A stretch of DNA of 64,000 bases. Source: Eledone cirrhosa (Eukaryota). Location of the stretch: the NCBI GenBank assembly GCA_964016885.1, contig OZ024743.1, positions 298,096,001-298,160,000 of the forward strand, in the 5' to 3' direction. This document shows, piece by piece, positions 1-13,336 of the stretch. The notes below the pieces were generated by a model, which saw nothing but the letters and a program-made list of their open reading frames with translations, was not told where the DNA came from and did not search any database. The position numbers and the translations under genes were made by a program. Each line of letters starts with the position of its first letter. The stretch's first letter is position 1.

Positions 1-245
1 TTTATGGTCTTAACAAAACTGGCTCTAACAGGGAAATGAAGTCTAGAGAATTTGAATGGCAGCTCGGTAAAGAAAAGGATGAGAGGAATCTTGGGAATAA
101 ATTAATTTTCTCCTTGATGATTGCCTCCAAGAATAGTAACTTCTAGGAGATGGTTCATCATCTGCCTGACTGTTAAGCATGTGCTATTGTATAGATATGG
201 CGGGTCCAGGTTTCTCAAAAGGATGATGGGAATCCCAATCTTTTA
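1..245 (-). mobile_element. Old LINE 3' fragment (possibly Rex1/Babar-like)
   Basis: Minus-strand remnants LYNSTCL...and a decayed SF.P.AI..L-like C-terminus. Confidence 0.3.
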
Positions 246-579
246 TATTATATATCGATATAGATGATTGTATATAAACGTGAGTGTGTGTGTAAACCAG
301 CATTCAAATCCATGGAAACACTGGCCGTGAAACACAAGCATCGCTGATAACACAGAGAATCTCTTATGGTTGTCTCCTAACCTGTTGGAAATAGCAGTCA
401 GGTTGGTGAACATACCCGCTATGGTTTTATTCTTTGATGTTATGAAATGAGTATCAATAAACCTTGCTGGGTTATACCCTTATTCCATTGGTGTACTTTT
501 TGATTGTCAGTTTTTGTTTTTGTGTGATGACACCAACCAACTCACAATTTTAACCCTTTTTGGTCAACTCAAGATATGT

Positions 580-598
580 ATAAGTACTTGTATGTACA

Positions 599-671
<73 letters not shown>

Positions 672-683
672 ATATATATATAT
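580..683. repeat. (TA)n/(TG)n microsatellite
   Basis: Direct reading. Confidence 0.95.
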
Positions 684-869
684 TGAGACCTGCATCACTA
701 ATATCCCCCCTCTCCCACTATTACCAAATATAACTGGCTGGTAAGTAATATTATAAACAAGGTAACAATGTGAACGGACAGCTCTGGGTGAGCACGCCTA
801 CTCTCCTTTTTAGACACAAAGCCAGCACTAAGCCATCATTCACCACCAGAAACATAATACTGCCTCCCC

Positions 870-3800
870 AAGACTTCAGAGCTGCAACCATCAATGTATA
901 GACGCTGAAAGGTAGGTTAGGTGAGATTGTGGAGATGCTCGAGTGTAAGATGATGTATGCTGTATACAAGAGACCTGGCGGAGTGGAGAATCTTCCAAAC
1001 TCCTAGTAGATAGAAAACAACGTTTTAAATTCTTCTGGAAAGGCTTGGCGGTGTAGGTATTATGCTAGCTGGTAAATAGTTGGACAAGTTAATCACAGTA
1101 AATAGAATATATGACAGGTTCATCTCACTTAGGCTCATCGTAAACAGAAAAATGGTACCAATCGTCTTGTCTATGCATCCCAATCCAGTCTGCCAGACGA
1201 ACCTGTTTACGAGTCCCTAATAAGTGCAACCTCCCAAACCAGTAAAACTGACTTCGCCATTATTACCGGCGACTTCAATGTGGGGAGACTAATTGATGGA
1301 TACCATGGGGGTTCATGGAGTTTTCGTGTTTCTGAGGCTCCTAGAATTCTGCAATACAACTTTAAGAAACCAGCTAAAATGACTATATCCTCACCAGAAG
1401 AGAAGACAGAGCAACGGTTGTAAACACAAAAAGCATCCCAGATGAGGAATGCACATCGCATCATAACCTGATAATCAGCATCTTTAGAGCCAGAACCAGA
1501 TAGACCCGGAGTCAGAAAACCACCCCGAGAAGGATATGGAAGCTGAAGGAGTCCCAGCTTGTAACAAATTCAAGAGATTCTTACTTGACACCTTTGATAG
1601 CAAGGAAGAAATGAAGATATACGATATTGAGGCTTCTTGATAGATAACCTACTGAAAGGGACAATTGAGATTTGTGGATGGTGCAAGGCCCCGGGGAGGA
1701 GTAGTAGAATCACTTGGTGGTGGAATAACTAGGTGGACGGGGCAATTAAGCCAAAAGATAAGCATGGAAAAACGGAGGGAGCAGGCACTCCTAGGAAGAA
1801 GCCAGAAGAGAGGTTAGATGGCAAGAAATAAAGAAAATGAAATGTTTGAGGACCAAAAATGATAGGTGTTGAGGATTGTAAAACCGAGATGTTATTGCCC
1901 TCTGGGACACCAAAAAGAAAGCCTGCCCCAAGCAACAGATGGTCTATCTGTACGTGTAAGCAACAACCTAGTAAGTAAGGCAATTAAAAATATGAAGACT
2001 GGTAAAGCAATCGGACCATCGGGTATAATTGCTGACATGTTGAAAGCATCTGGGATGATAGAGCATATCCTAACTACCCTTATTTTAGACCAAATAATAG
2101 AGAACGGTGTCATTCCCAGTGACTGGAATAGCAGCAGCATTGTCAACAGCCACATGAGTAAAGGAAATGCTCTAGAGAGAAGTAACTACAGAGGCATCTA
2201 GCTGATTGACCAGGTCATGAAAAGAGTCATCGCACAACTGATTAGAGATCATATACCTAGACGAGATGCAGTTTGGATTTGTGCCGGTAAAAAGCACCAC
2301 CGACACCCTCTTCCTTGTAAAGCAAATGCAGGAGAAGTACTTGGCTAAAAGCAAGCCACTCTACTTAGCATTCGTGGATCTAGAGAAAGCTTTTGACAGA
2401 ATCACTTGACCCATAATATGCTGGGCCTGTAGTGAAATTACTTTGTAGTTTGCAACATTAATTTTTCATGCACAATTTGGTTAGGTTGACCAATCGTAAG
2501 TCGCGCATGAATATAAATAACTTCCGCTCAGAAAAAGATTTTTGTGCTTCTTTGTTGACTAAACTCTAGTTGCTGTTTTGACATCAAGTAGCTAACATCC
2601 ATTTTCCCTTTCTCTGTCAACACTAGCAAAAATGTAACGGTAATCAAGAAATATTGGCCCTGTCTGCTAGGGACCACTTTCTATGCATCAAACACTTATT
2701 TCGTTTATTCATTTTCCGGCATGCCGGCTCAACATTTTGTAAACCTGTTTTGGTTGTAAATAAATTGTGTAAAAAAGTTATAAAGCCTTATGATATTTCT
2801 GCCACCAACGAATCTTGCATGCACACTAAAATCATAACGTTGGACGTAATATGGGGAACATCTGTTTTCCCAAGGTTCTATCACCACAACAGCAAGTGAG
2901 TAAAGTTTTTGTTTCCTTTAATAGAACCTAGCAAATCTCGACTCACTGAGGATTTAATCTACACTGACTCACTTGCCTACAACTATGTTTCTTTCGTGGC
3001 GACAACTGAATACAACCATTATCCAATAACGTTACATCATATTTTCCCGCTAGAACATACAAACAAAACATCTCCCGCTATAAATATTCTTTTTCAGCTA
3101 ACATTGCCACCCAAATAAAACCTACATTTTTTTTGCTAGTACAACAAACAGCTTTATTGCTAAAAGCCCTCAGAAAACGAGGTGTAAATAAGTGGCTCAT
3201 GAAAGCTGTACAGGCCATGTACATAGGGTCCACCAACAAAGTTAAAATCAACTGAGGAATTCAGCATACAGATGGGGGTTCACCAGGGTACCATCCTTAG
3301 CCGCCTTCTCTTCATTATTGTCCTACAGGTTATAACAGGAATTTTATACTGGTTTCCCTTGGGAACTATACGCCAACAACCTGACTCTCTTAGCCGATTC
3401 TATGACAGTATTAGAGAAGAAATTCTAAACATGGAGGCACAGCTTGGAAATAAAATGCCTTAAAGTCAACCTGGCAAAGACCAAAATCCTAGTGTGCAGA
3501 AAAGGAAAATGGGCTCTGATCCCCTCCAGGAAATGACCTTGCTCGCTATGCATGAAAGGAGTAGATAGAAACTCAATCCAGTGTCCCAAATGCAAACTGG
3601 GTATACAAGAGATGTAGTGGGAAAACAGGCAGACTAGCGAAAAAAACAGACTTCATATGTGGACCCTGGACAGGGTTAGAGCAAAGACCCTCAGGTAGCA
3701 AGCTCCTTCAATCGCACAGAAATAGTTAGCAGCTTTTGCTATCAGGATAACCAAATCAGCTGTGGAGGTGGTTGGGCAGAAAGTAGTTGCCAGAGTAAGA

Positions 3801-4345
3801 ACTGGATGGAAAGAGTTCAATAAGCTACTACCATTGCTCCAAGGTATCTCACTTAAGATAAAAAGCAAGCTGTACGATGCCTGTGTGCGCTCAGCAATGT
3901 TTCATGGAAGCGAAACATGGGCTATGCATGCTGAGGATCTTTGGAGATTGGAAAGAAAGGAAGCCTGCATGATCAGATGGATGTGTAACAGTAGTGTACA
4001 TGAATGGCAAAGTGTAAATGTACTGAGTGCGAAACTGGGTATAAGAGGGATCAAATTCTGTGTGTCGGAGAGAAGACTGCGGTGGTATGGCCACAGGATG
4101 TGCATGAAGGATGACGGCTGTTTAAAAAGGTGCAGGGCATTAGAGGTTGTAGGATGCCCCAGAAGAGGAAGGCGTGGAATGAAACGATAAAGGTGAACCT
4201 GGCTCAGCTGAATCTCCCAGTGGAGATGACATGACCAAGTTGTCTGGTGCTACAATGTACAACAAAAGACCCGTGTTGACAACTCAAACCCGAACTCGGC
4301 TCATGATGGTACCACCCAGCTCCACACTGTAAACACGACTGTATA
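870..4345 (+). mobile_element. Decayed near-full-length RTE LINE (APE + RT + PHD), interrupted at 2428-3164
   Basis: Remnants of TINVxTL, GDFN, KAIGPSGI, NYRGI, AFVDLEKAFD, GVHQG, HGSETW, RRLRWYGH, with many stops and frameshifts. Confidence 0.9.
2428..3164. mobile_element. 737-bp insertion in RTE RT, solo-LTR-like
   Basis: Splits WA|LRK; begins TGTAGTGA, ends TTGCTAAA; flanks GGCC/AGCC. Confidence 0.55.
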
Positions 4346-5423
4346 CCTGTTTAACGAAGGGTAAAAATAAGAAGTTATTAAATTGATTATAACAGTTATT
4401 AGATGAAAGTAACAATAATAATAGTTGAAATAAGAAGTATAATAAGAATAAATGATTTGGTTTAATAAATGAGTTGGTTTACTTCACGTTTATCATATAA
4501 AAAAGTACAATAAAACAGTTACCAAGAGTTGTTAATTTTGTTATTGTTGTTGATGTGAAAACAGCAAGCGAACAGATAATGTTGTTGGAAGCTGGAGTTT
4601 GTGGTAGTAATTCTGAGACCGTAGTGAGTAAGAGAGAGAGAGATATGGTTTGTATACCTCTGTTATGGTCTGTAGTAACTGTGAACCACCGTGGCCTGTA
4701 GACAGCAGTGAATCTTCCACATTTGTGTTCTGTAGTAGTAACTAGGGCTCCAATCACTGTATTTCTGTAGACCTCTGGGGTGGTGAATCTTTCACATAGC
4801 TTGTTCTGTAGTGGGGTGCTCTTATGTCTCTATGTCTAAGGTGGGAAAATATAGGCTTTATACTTGTCGCTTTCTGCCTCCCACCTTTAGGGGATAGCCC
4901 ACGCATGAACCTGTTCACACCAAAAGGGTGGTGACCTAGAATTTGACCTTTAGGTGTCACCCAAAGTTCAAGGCGTGGACAGATCTCGCTACAGCTCTGC
5001 CAGTCTGTTGAATGGTTGAAAATATATAGTATTTTCTTAAGTACACATGGGCTGAGTAGTCTCATTTGCATACAAATGTGAGGTATCAAAACATCAAATA
5101 TATATTATTTTTGTGCTTCTCAATAAAAACGTTCAATAGACTTTGTCCAGAGCTATAATAATTCAAAAGTAAAAGATAAAGGACCATATGTCCAATAGAA
5201 TACATATGTTGTATATATACAAAGCACATATTTCTCTCTGTAGCTGCCCCAAAGCCCAATCACCCTCCTCCTTCACCCCTCCACTCTCTTCTGCGACACT
5301 AGGGTTCTTGCCATACCCTCCCCTTCCCGTTCTTTTTTCTTTCCTTTTCTCTATATTTTCCTATTCTTTTTTTCTTTTGTTTCCTTTCCCTTTTTTTAAA
5401 ATTAATGCTGTTATTATGTATAT

Positions 5424-5478
<55 letters not shown>

Positions 5479-5754
5479 GTTTACCTGTTAGTACTTTTTT
5501 CTAACTAAACATTAAAGCATTATATTTTACATAAGTTAATGACATTTGTCTGTTGTTAACAGGTAGATAGACAATATGAATGTGTGTCCGTGAAGCATAT
5601 ACACCAGGCTCGAACACAAAGGGTCCAAACTCCCACAGTCACTCTCTCTGTTTCTCCCGCTCTCCCTATCTCTCAATATTATGAGCAAATGGCCGCCCCA
5701 GCAGACTGAATAGAGAAGGCGTTTCCTCGGAGGATGGTGATGAGTCAGTTTGAT

Positions 5755-5945
5755 AAATAATTGTTTCTACTTTTGGTACAAGGCCAGCAATTAATCCAGT
5801 GCATTACTGGTACTTTATTTTATCGACCCGTAAGGATGAAAGGCAAAGTTAACCTCGGCAGGATTTGAACTTAGACCGTAAAGGGACATAACTCTATGCT
5901 GGAAAGCATAGCGTCCGACTCTCCGTTACTGCCAATTCATCAGCA
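5755..5945 (-). mobile_element. tRNA-derived SINE (family 1)
   Basis: Reverse strand B-box GTTCAAATCC + core GAGGTTAACTTTGCCTTTCATCC..GGGTCGATAAAATAAAGTACCAG; other copies near 7190, 9050-9270, 14535-14730, 32555, 37155, 55600. Confidence 0.85.
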
Positions 5946-5988
5946 GCCACGGGCTTGTAATGCAAGGGAAGTAACTCTGACTGTCAAT

Positions 5989-6002
5989 ATTGCCATGGTT
6001 AC
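5989..6002. promoter_or_regulatory. RFX X-box (ciliary gene promoter element)
   Basis: ATTGCCATGGTTAC (reverse strand GTAACCATGGCAAT) fits the palindromic X-box GTNRCC-AT-RGYAAC; it lies ~104 bp upstream of the ATG of a motile-cilia gene. Confidence 0.7.
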
Positions 6003-6105
6003 CGTCGACTCAAATATATATTGTTTGAGGTTCCAGAATTTGACAAAATCGAAAGGCGAAAATATTGTTTGGATTTAAGTTGAGGGATTTCCATTGTTTT
6101 GAATA

Positions 6106-6116
6106 ATGTCTCATAG
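6106..6116 (+). CDS. IQCA1: IQCA1/DRC11 coding exon 1 (MSH + AG)
   Basis: ATG TCT CAT AG|GTAAGT consensus donor; phase 2 joins exon 2 to give MSHSCYNKMW, like vertebrate MSNAMYNKMW. Confidence 0.8.
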
Positions 6117-7644
6117 GTAAGTGTACTTGAGTTGGAGGATAATCATTGATCAGTTGAGTTTAATGAAAATATCGAAGACAAATACTGTTTATTTGCTTAC
6201 AATATCATCATCATCACCAACATCATTCTACGTCTTCTTTCCAAGTTGGTATGGGCTGGACGGGTTATCATGTTCCGGGTCCAGTCGGGTCGGTTCGACC
6301 AATCTTGTCATCTTCCATGTTTGACATGGTTTCTACAGATGAATGTCCCTCCTAACACCAATCACTTGAGTGCGTTTTTGTGACACCAGGATTATTACTT
6401 TACAGAGTGGACTGGGTACATTTTACAAGGTATATTGAATGTATTTTATTGTAGAACCAGCACTGCAGATGTTGTCACTTTGCTAGGCCAGACTAAAGAG
6501 TTTTTATATTCGTTGACTTAACGATTTCTATGAAATTTTGATACTTTTTCTTGCATGAATTTAAAATAGGCTTCCCAATCACACTATAAAAGCAAAGTCG
6601 TCTAAATTCCATCGGTGGAGTAAAAGTAATACAACTCGTCAGCTTACGGATGATGCTTGTGAGAGTGCTTGGCTGTTTCAACACCTCAGATACGCTATCA
6701 TCGGCGGTATTATCTTGAATGTTTTAGATTGTGCTAAAAAGTTTTAAAGAGAAATACCAGCATTCCCCGTTATTGTGGCTAATGGAGGGCGTGTGCTTTA
6801 AATTTTTTTTTTACTTTCTGACTCATCCATGTTTCTTTGTTGGAATATAATAATGGTTAATATAAAGAGTGGTGTACTTATGCATGGAGATGCTATAAAA
6901 TAGACTGAAGACCTTTAATGATGGAAAAAGAAGTTGCTAATCTGTATCTGGGAGATACGAAGTTCGATTCCTCAGAGTGACAAATGGCAAGTTATTTTTC
7001 CCTCTCTAAAGATATTCATCCTATTTTATAAGCTATTTTATAGTATCTCTGTGTATGAGCACACCACTCTTTATATTAACTTTTTCCTCCCAGCACTTCG
7101 CAAAAGTCTGAGAGATCAGCTAAGTATATGTGTGTCTATAATAGACCATATATTATGTTGGGTTGGAAACAGTCAGTGTTAAGTATTTTATCAAACTTGG
7201 ATAAATAAAAGGTAAAGTCAACCTTAGCAGGGTTTGAACTGTGAATATGCTAATCCATCACTAATAGTATGTATTTAATGATTGTTTCTACATTTAGAAT
7301 AGGGCCAGTAATTTAAAGGGAAGGAAAAAGTTGATTAAATTGATCCAGGGCGTTACTGGTGCTTTATTTTATCAAGCCCTTAAAGTATTGTGTCTATGTA
7401 GAAAGATAATATCAAATAAGAACATATAAATACAGATGACAAATAGAAATTAAACCACTGGAAAGGATCATGGGTTTTGCTCTTCTCTTTCTGACTAAAC
7501 AGTGAATAAAATATACATAGAATAGTGGAAAATGAGACTTCTTATAGTTGTTTGTAAATTGAAAAAATGTTTACAACTGAGAAACGACCTGAGTTTACAG
7601 ACTCTACTCATACATATTGAATGATATTTCCTGTATATTTTCAG

Positions 7645-7735
7645 TTGCTATAACAAGATGTGGGATGAGGCCCAGAAGCATATCAAAGATATGCTATATT
7701 ATGAATTGCCCCATGATCCACCTAAACCAGAAAAA
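7645..7735 (+). CDS. IQCA1: IQCA1/DRC11 exon 2
   Basis: ttttcag|T TGC TAT AAC AAG ATG TGG...PKPEK|gtaagt. Confidence 0.9.
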
Positions 7736-9693
7736 GTAAGTACTGTCTTCTGTTATATATCCAATATTTTTGTCAAAGCTAATTTGTTCTTGTATTCATT
7801 TTTTTTTTATACTTCTATTCTTTTACTGGTTGGTTTCCATTATGAGTCCATGGCCATGATGAGACCTCAGCTTGAAGTGTATAGTCAGTTATATGACCAT
7901 AGTCTAAAAAAAAAGTAAGTCTAAAGTTTGTCTCATCTGGCAGGTGCTTATTTCAGTTTCTGTGACATGAAGCAACTGAGAGTATAAGATTCCCCACTGG
8001 ACAGGACGTCAGTCGATCACATGGTTAAACCCCCAGCTATTATTGCTGGTACTCATTTTCAGCTGAATGAAACCCATGAAATTATAATCCAACACACTTA
8101 CCACTAGGCCACATGCCACCATCATAGTACCTAGACTAATACTTATTTTAAATGAACCTGAAAGAGATTTGAACTTAGACCATACAATGTAACAAAATAT
8201 AAGTATTTTGTATCTGCACTTTGAATTATTCAGGAGAAAAGTGTTGCAGATAATTGAGATTTTAGGATATGTGATGAAACACCTGAAGGAATGGCAGTTT
8301 GTATTTTTTTATTACCAGCACGACCTGGTTTCCATGTTAAACACATTTGACTCTGAATAGTCCAATCCAACTAACTGTAAGCAGGTACAAAAGAATGTTA
8401 TGATTCATGACTGAAAGTAACAACAGTTCTATATATCTTATGAAGATTTTTTTATATTGAACGTCTGGATTCAAATACTCCTGTCAGTTTAGATTGAAAA
8501 AGAGTAAACTTTGTCAAATTTACTTTTCCTAGATACACTAAATGAATATGAAGATATTTATGATGGGCTCTACAACCTAATAAATTTATGGAACACACCA
8601 ATTTTATATATGCATATAACTACATAACAATGTTTTTCAAATGTACAAAGCGGTTATTATTCTTGATTAATTATTTTATCTATATAAAAAAGTACACTTC
8701 AAATTGTTGCCTTTTCTATAATTTATTTTACATGTTAAATTTGAAGAATTTGTAAAATAACAATGAAAATACCTATACTAGTGTGTGACCTACTTCACCA
8801 GATATTTTCAGTATCTTAGTGGTTTTGCTTCATGCCCCAGCAGCCTTCTCTATCTACTTTTCTGCATATAAAGTGTGGCCATTTCTACTTACTAAAACTT
8901 TAGTTGTTGCTAAATTTACTTTCAGGCCACTCAAATTTAGATTTGGCTTTCTTAGCTAGAATTTCTTCACTACATCTACATATGGGAACTAGTTCATCAG
9001 CATGTAGGTGTTCGCCTGGATAGTCGGTCCAATTACTCTTTTGTTATAATGGTTTCTGATTTATGCCCAAAGCCAACAATTTTTACGGAAGGAGAAAGTT
9101 GATTAAATCGACCCCAGCGCATTACTGGTACATTTTTTTATAAGCCCCATAAGGATGAAAGGCAAAGCTAATCTCAGCAGGATTTGAAATCAGAATGAAA
9201 AGGGATGTAACTCTATGCTGTGAAGCATGTTGTCTGATGCTCTACCGATACTGCTAATCCACCATCTTTTGGGGCACTATAATAAAAAGAAGGGGATGAT
9301 AATTGTGTCCTGATAGTATCTGTCCATATACTACCATAGCAAAATAGATTGTATTTAAGTTATGAAAGGACAAATCCACCTTTGAAACTGAATAATGTTA
9401 ATAATACAGTAAACCTGCTGCTTTCAGAAATAAGCTGGAGCTATGCTTGGTACTTATAGGTAGTGGCCTGGGAGAATGAATATTGGTTATAGATAGCAAT
9501 ACCCATTTACCTTTTGGTTTATAGATCTTGCTAGATATGATTACAAACATGCACTCACACAGACCCTCCCCCCACATATACACAAACACCCATACACACC
9601 CACATACACGTACACACACCCTTGTATGTATATGATTCCATCTGTTATGGTCTTAAAAAATTTAACTGACTGCATTCAGATTTTATTTTGCAG

Positions 9694-9930
9694 GATCGAA
9701 GGATAGCATTCCAACAGCTGGCCACCATGTACGTGAAATACATTAGGGTGTATAGATGTTTAGAACTGTGCTATGACCAAATTGTTCAACCTCAAAAACG
9801 ACGAGTGTTACGGCAAGTGCTTGATGGTACCATCGGAAGAATTTTGGAACTTAAAAATGAAATGGTTAACTTAGAATTCTCAGAGTTCCACTATTTTGAT
9901 GATATTCTTTCTGATTACAAATTAACACCA
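9694..9930 (+). CDS. IQCA1: IQCA1/DRC11 exon 3
   Basis: ttgcag|[16 protein letters not shown]...[10 protein letters not shown]...[11 protein letters not shown]...HYFDDIL..KLTP|gtaagt; hallmark IQCA1 N-terminal motif. Confidence 0.97.
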
Positions 9931-9974
9931 GTAAGTAAATAGAAAAGATTGAAAAAAAATATTGTTTTACAACC

Positions 9975-10397
9975 TAGTGTTGGTGACCTACATGATAAAC
10001 GGACCCAGTACATGCTGTAAAGTGGTTGGTGATAGAAAGGGCATCCAGTCATAGAGTGCCTCCCAAACAAAGAACTCGGGCAATCCATCAGTCATGTCAA
10101 GGACATGACAGCCTCCATAGTGTTGGTGACCTGCATGATAAATGCACCCAGTACAGGCTGTAAAGTGGTGATAGGAAGGGCATCTAGCCATAGAAAGCTT
10201 GCCAAATAAAGGGTTGGGAGGACCCTCAGTTGTGTCAAAGCCATGACAACCTCTCCTGTGCACGTGATAGGATTTGAGACCGTACATAAGTGAGATGCAG
10301 ATCTCTGACCTGTCAGAGAGATCAGTAACCACTGCTTCAGTACTGACTTGTTAGTAGGGAATGTGGACATTAAACCAATGATAATGATGTTGATGAC
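9975..10397 (+). mobile_element. Non-autonomous RTE-tail element with internal ~143-bp duplication
   Basis: Two units ...CTGTAAAGTGG..AGGAAGGGCATC.AG.CATAG, ending GACATTAAAC + degenerate (GAT)n; relatives near 14070-14320, 56620-56965, 58430-58920. Confidence 0.75.
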
Positions 10398-11524
10398 TAA
10401 TTGTCATAGGCAAGATGGTATTTGTTTCAACAATTGTTTTTACACCTGGAAACTTCTTCCTCTATTGCTGATAGCTCAGCGACATTGCTCACTTTGCTAA
10501 AAATAAAAGCCAAATTCCTTTAATTTACTGCAGGTGGAACAGGCCAAACAAGGTTGCCTACATATGGAATGACCAGCAGCTGAGTCACTGCTCAGACTGG
10601 GGTGTAGTGTCTGTCCCTTCCCCTCACTCTTTCTTTCATTGCTTGATTCTTTTTCTTCCTTTCATTTCCTTTTTTCTTCCCTTTAATTGTGTTTTGTTTT
10701 TATTAGATACTGCTTAATTATTTTTATATAATGTCAATGGTTTTTAATGACATTGTGAGATTTTGTATAGATTTTGTATCCTACCATCATATGATAGGAT
10801 TGGAGTCCCTGTCATTAAAACACTCAAGAACTTTCCTATGTGAGGTTGGAAAAACCTACACAGGTGTGAGCCATAACAATAAACAATAACATCTTAAGAA
10901 ATAAAGGATACATTGGCCAGCCATGTCCCAGATATATATATAAAGTTGGGATAGTCATAAGTGAAATGCCTTTCATTATAATTTTGCCAACCAGAACTGA
11001 TCTGGGGCTCAAACAACATCAACAACAACAGCAGTAGCAGCAGCAGCAGCAGCGGCAAGCAGTTATGTGCTTTGCTTGGCTGTGAAATGAAAGTACTTGG
11101 ACTATGGATTACAAGTTGAAGAGTTAAAGCCTCTGTACATTATGTTGTACTCGAATTCATCTTGCCAGACAGATTACCATTTGTTTCATGGCTAAGTTAG
11201 TAGTAGGAAAGATGCCCAGTTGTAAGATCTGTAAAAATAGATGTTCTAACAGACACTGTCTAGACAATCTTGGAAGGGGAAAAAATATATGAAATATCAA
11301 TAGATTAAAAATAAGCATGAAATAATAAATTTAGAAATACGTATGCTGTTGCAGCGGGTGTCCCTAACCATTCTCTGCAGTAACACCCTTGCCATTTTGT
11401 CTGCAGGGCATGGCTGGAGTACCACTCAGACTGGGGTGTAGTGTCTGTCCCTCCTTCTCTCCCTTTCTTTCATTGCTTGATTCTATTTACCTTTTTATTT
11501 TCATTTCTTTTTTTGTTCCTTTAA

Positions 11525-11733
11525 TCTTTTAGCATTTACATTACTTTATATTTACTGTTATATTTTCATGGTAAACACTTTATCTCACATAATATCGAAT
11601 CTATGAGATTTTGATATTGTTAATTTTGAGAGCAATACCTTAACATAAGTATGAGCAGCCAGTAATGGCCAGTTTGAACAGAAAGAGGTGAGAGAATTCT
11701 GGTCTGAATATGGCTGGTTTAAATGTTAAAGGG
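11525..11733. mobile_element. TTAA-target MITE (piggyBac-like)
   Basis: TTAA|tcttttagcattta ... taaatgttaaaggg|TTAA; a paralogous empty site lies at ~10680. Confidence 0.7.
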
Positions 11734-12535
11734 TTAATAGTGTGTTTTGTTTTTATTTGATACAACTCAATTATTTTTATGTAAAAACAAGATATACAGA
11801 GATAACTGACCATTAGAACTAAAAACCAGCGTAACCTAGTACAACCTGCTTCATGGTTGAATGGTCAATGACTAAACCAACTCCCCCACCAGAACCTGGT
11901 CTGGTGAGGAGTAAGTGGAACCCCAGCAGCACAAAAAATAAGAACTGTTAAAAGGATGGATGAACTCCTCAGAGTCAATAGCCACCCACCCTTACTATGG
12001 GTTAAAGCCAAGTGTGGTGGGTATAGCTATACACCTGACATGACCAAAACTAAACAGAAAGTGGTGGAGGTCAACCAAGGAGGGCTTCCTTCAATAAGAG
12101 TGAGGAGGTCATGGATTGGATAAGAGAAAGTGAGCAAAGTTAACCTTATAATAGTGTTACATACAAACATGTAATGCACACAATCATAAACACACACACA
12201 TACACACATGTACACACTCTCTCTCACACACATACATAAATAATATTTGGACTGTTGAGAGTAAAAAAAGGGAGAGAGTGAGAGAAACAAAACTACACTC
12301 CATGGTTATATATTATATGCTGTTGATTTTCTACATCAGTACTATAGCACAAATATACAATTAAATGAATAGACTCCAATATATAATTAGTACTTACTTT
12401 ATTGATCTCCAAACAATAAAAGACAAAGTTGATCTAGAGAAATTTGAACTCACAATGTAGAAGTTAGTAAAAAAGTTTGCCTTTTTTTTACTCTTGAGGC
12501 TCATTTACCTGGAACTTATTCAAATTTATGTAGTA

Positions 12536-13336
12536 CTAGCTGGGCCGTCCGGCTGGCGCCCAGCTAGGTATACTTGCCCCCACCACTCCACTGCAAAGAT
12601 ACCACACGCCCTCCCGTGTCACATTGTCCTTCCAACTTCGTAGCAAAGGGGAGGAGTTACCGTAGAAATGAGTTTAAAATGAAAGAGTTAAGCCGTGTTG
12701 TTAATATACATACATACGACCGTCAGCTTTATAAGTATAGTTATGTGTGTGTGTGTGTTTGTGTATGTGTGTGTCTGCGTGTTTTGTTTTGATGTTATCC
12801 GGCAATTAGGGAAATCAGGTGTGAAAGTATGTGTGTGTGTGTTACTTCTTATGTGAGCGACGACAGATGAAAGATATACCATGGAAATGAACGTTATTTT
12901 TCAATCACCGCTACATTTGATCATACACATTGTTTATTTCAAAATTATTTTAATGCCGATACTTGATTTAACGTCATTGGAAATACGGTCACTTGCTGGT
13001 CCTCCTCTGTCTCTCTCTGTATCTCTGTCTCTGTCTCTCTCTCTCTCTCTCCCTCTTTCTCTCTCTCTGAATAACTAACATTTTAATTGTATCTCTCTCT
13101 GTCTAACGGCCTATCTGTGAATATATTGAAGGGAGATACGGAAACTAAAACAATGTTGTCATATAGAGAGTGAAGAGCGACAGAGATAGTAAAGCAGTTA
13201 AATTATAGAGGGGGAATGATCTATTATAGAGAGAGGGAAGAGCGACGGAGAGAGTAAAGCTAAGAAACTATAGGGAGGTGTGTAGGATACATACATACAT
13301 ACATAATACACACAACGTTCAGCTTTATAATATAGA
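12536..13336 (-). mobile_element. Non-autonomous Helitron
   Basis: Minus strand 5' TC (a|TCTATATTATAAAGCTG) and 3' GC hairpin + CTAG|t; inserted at A|T without TSD inside an older SINE. Confidence 0.85.
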
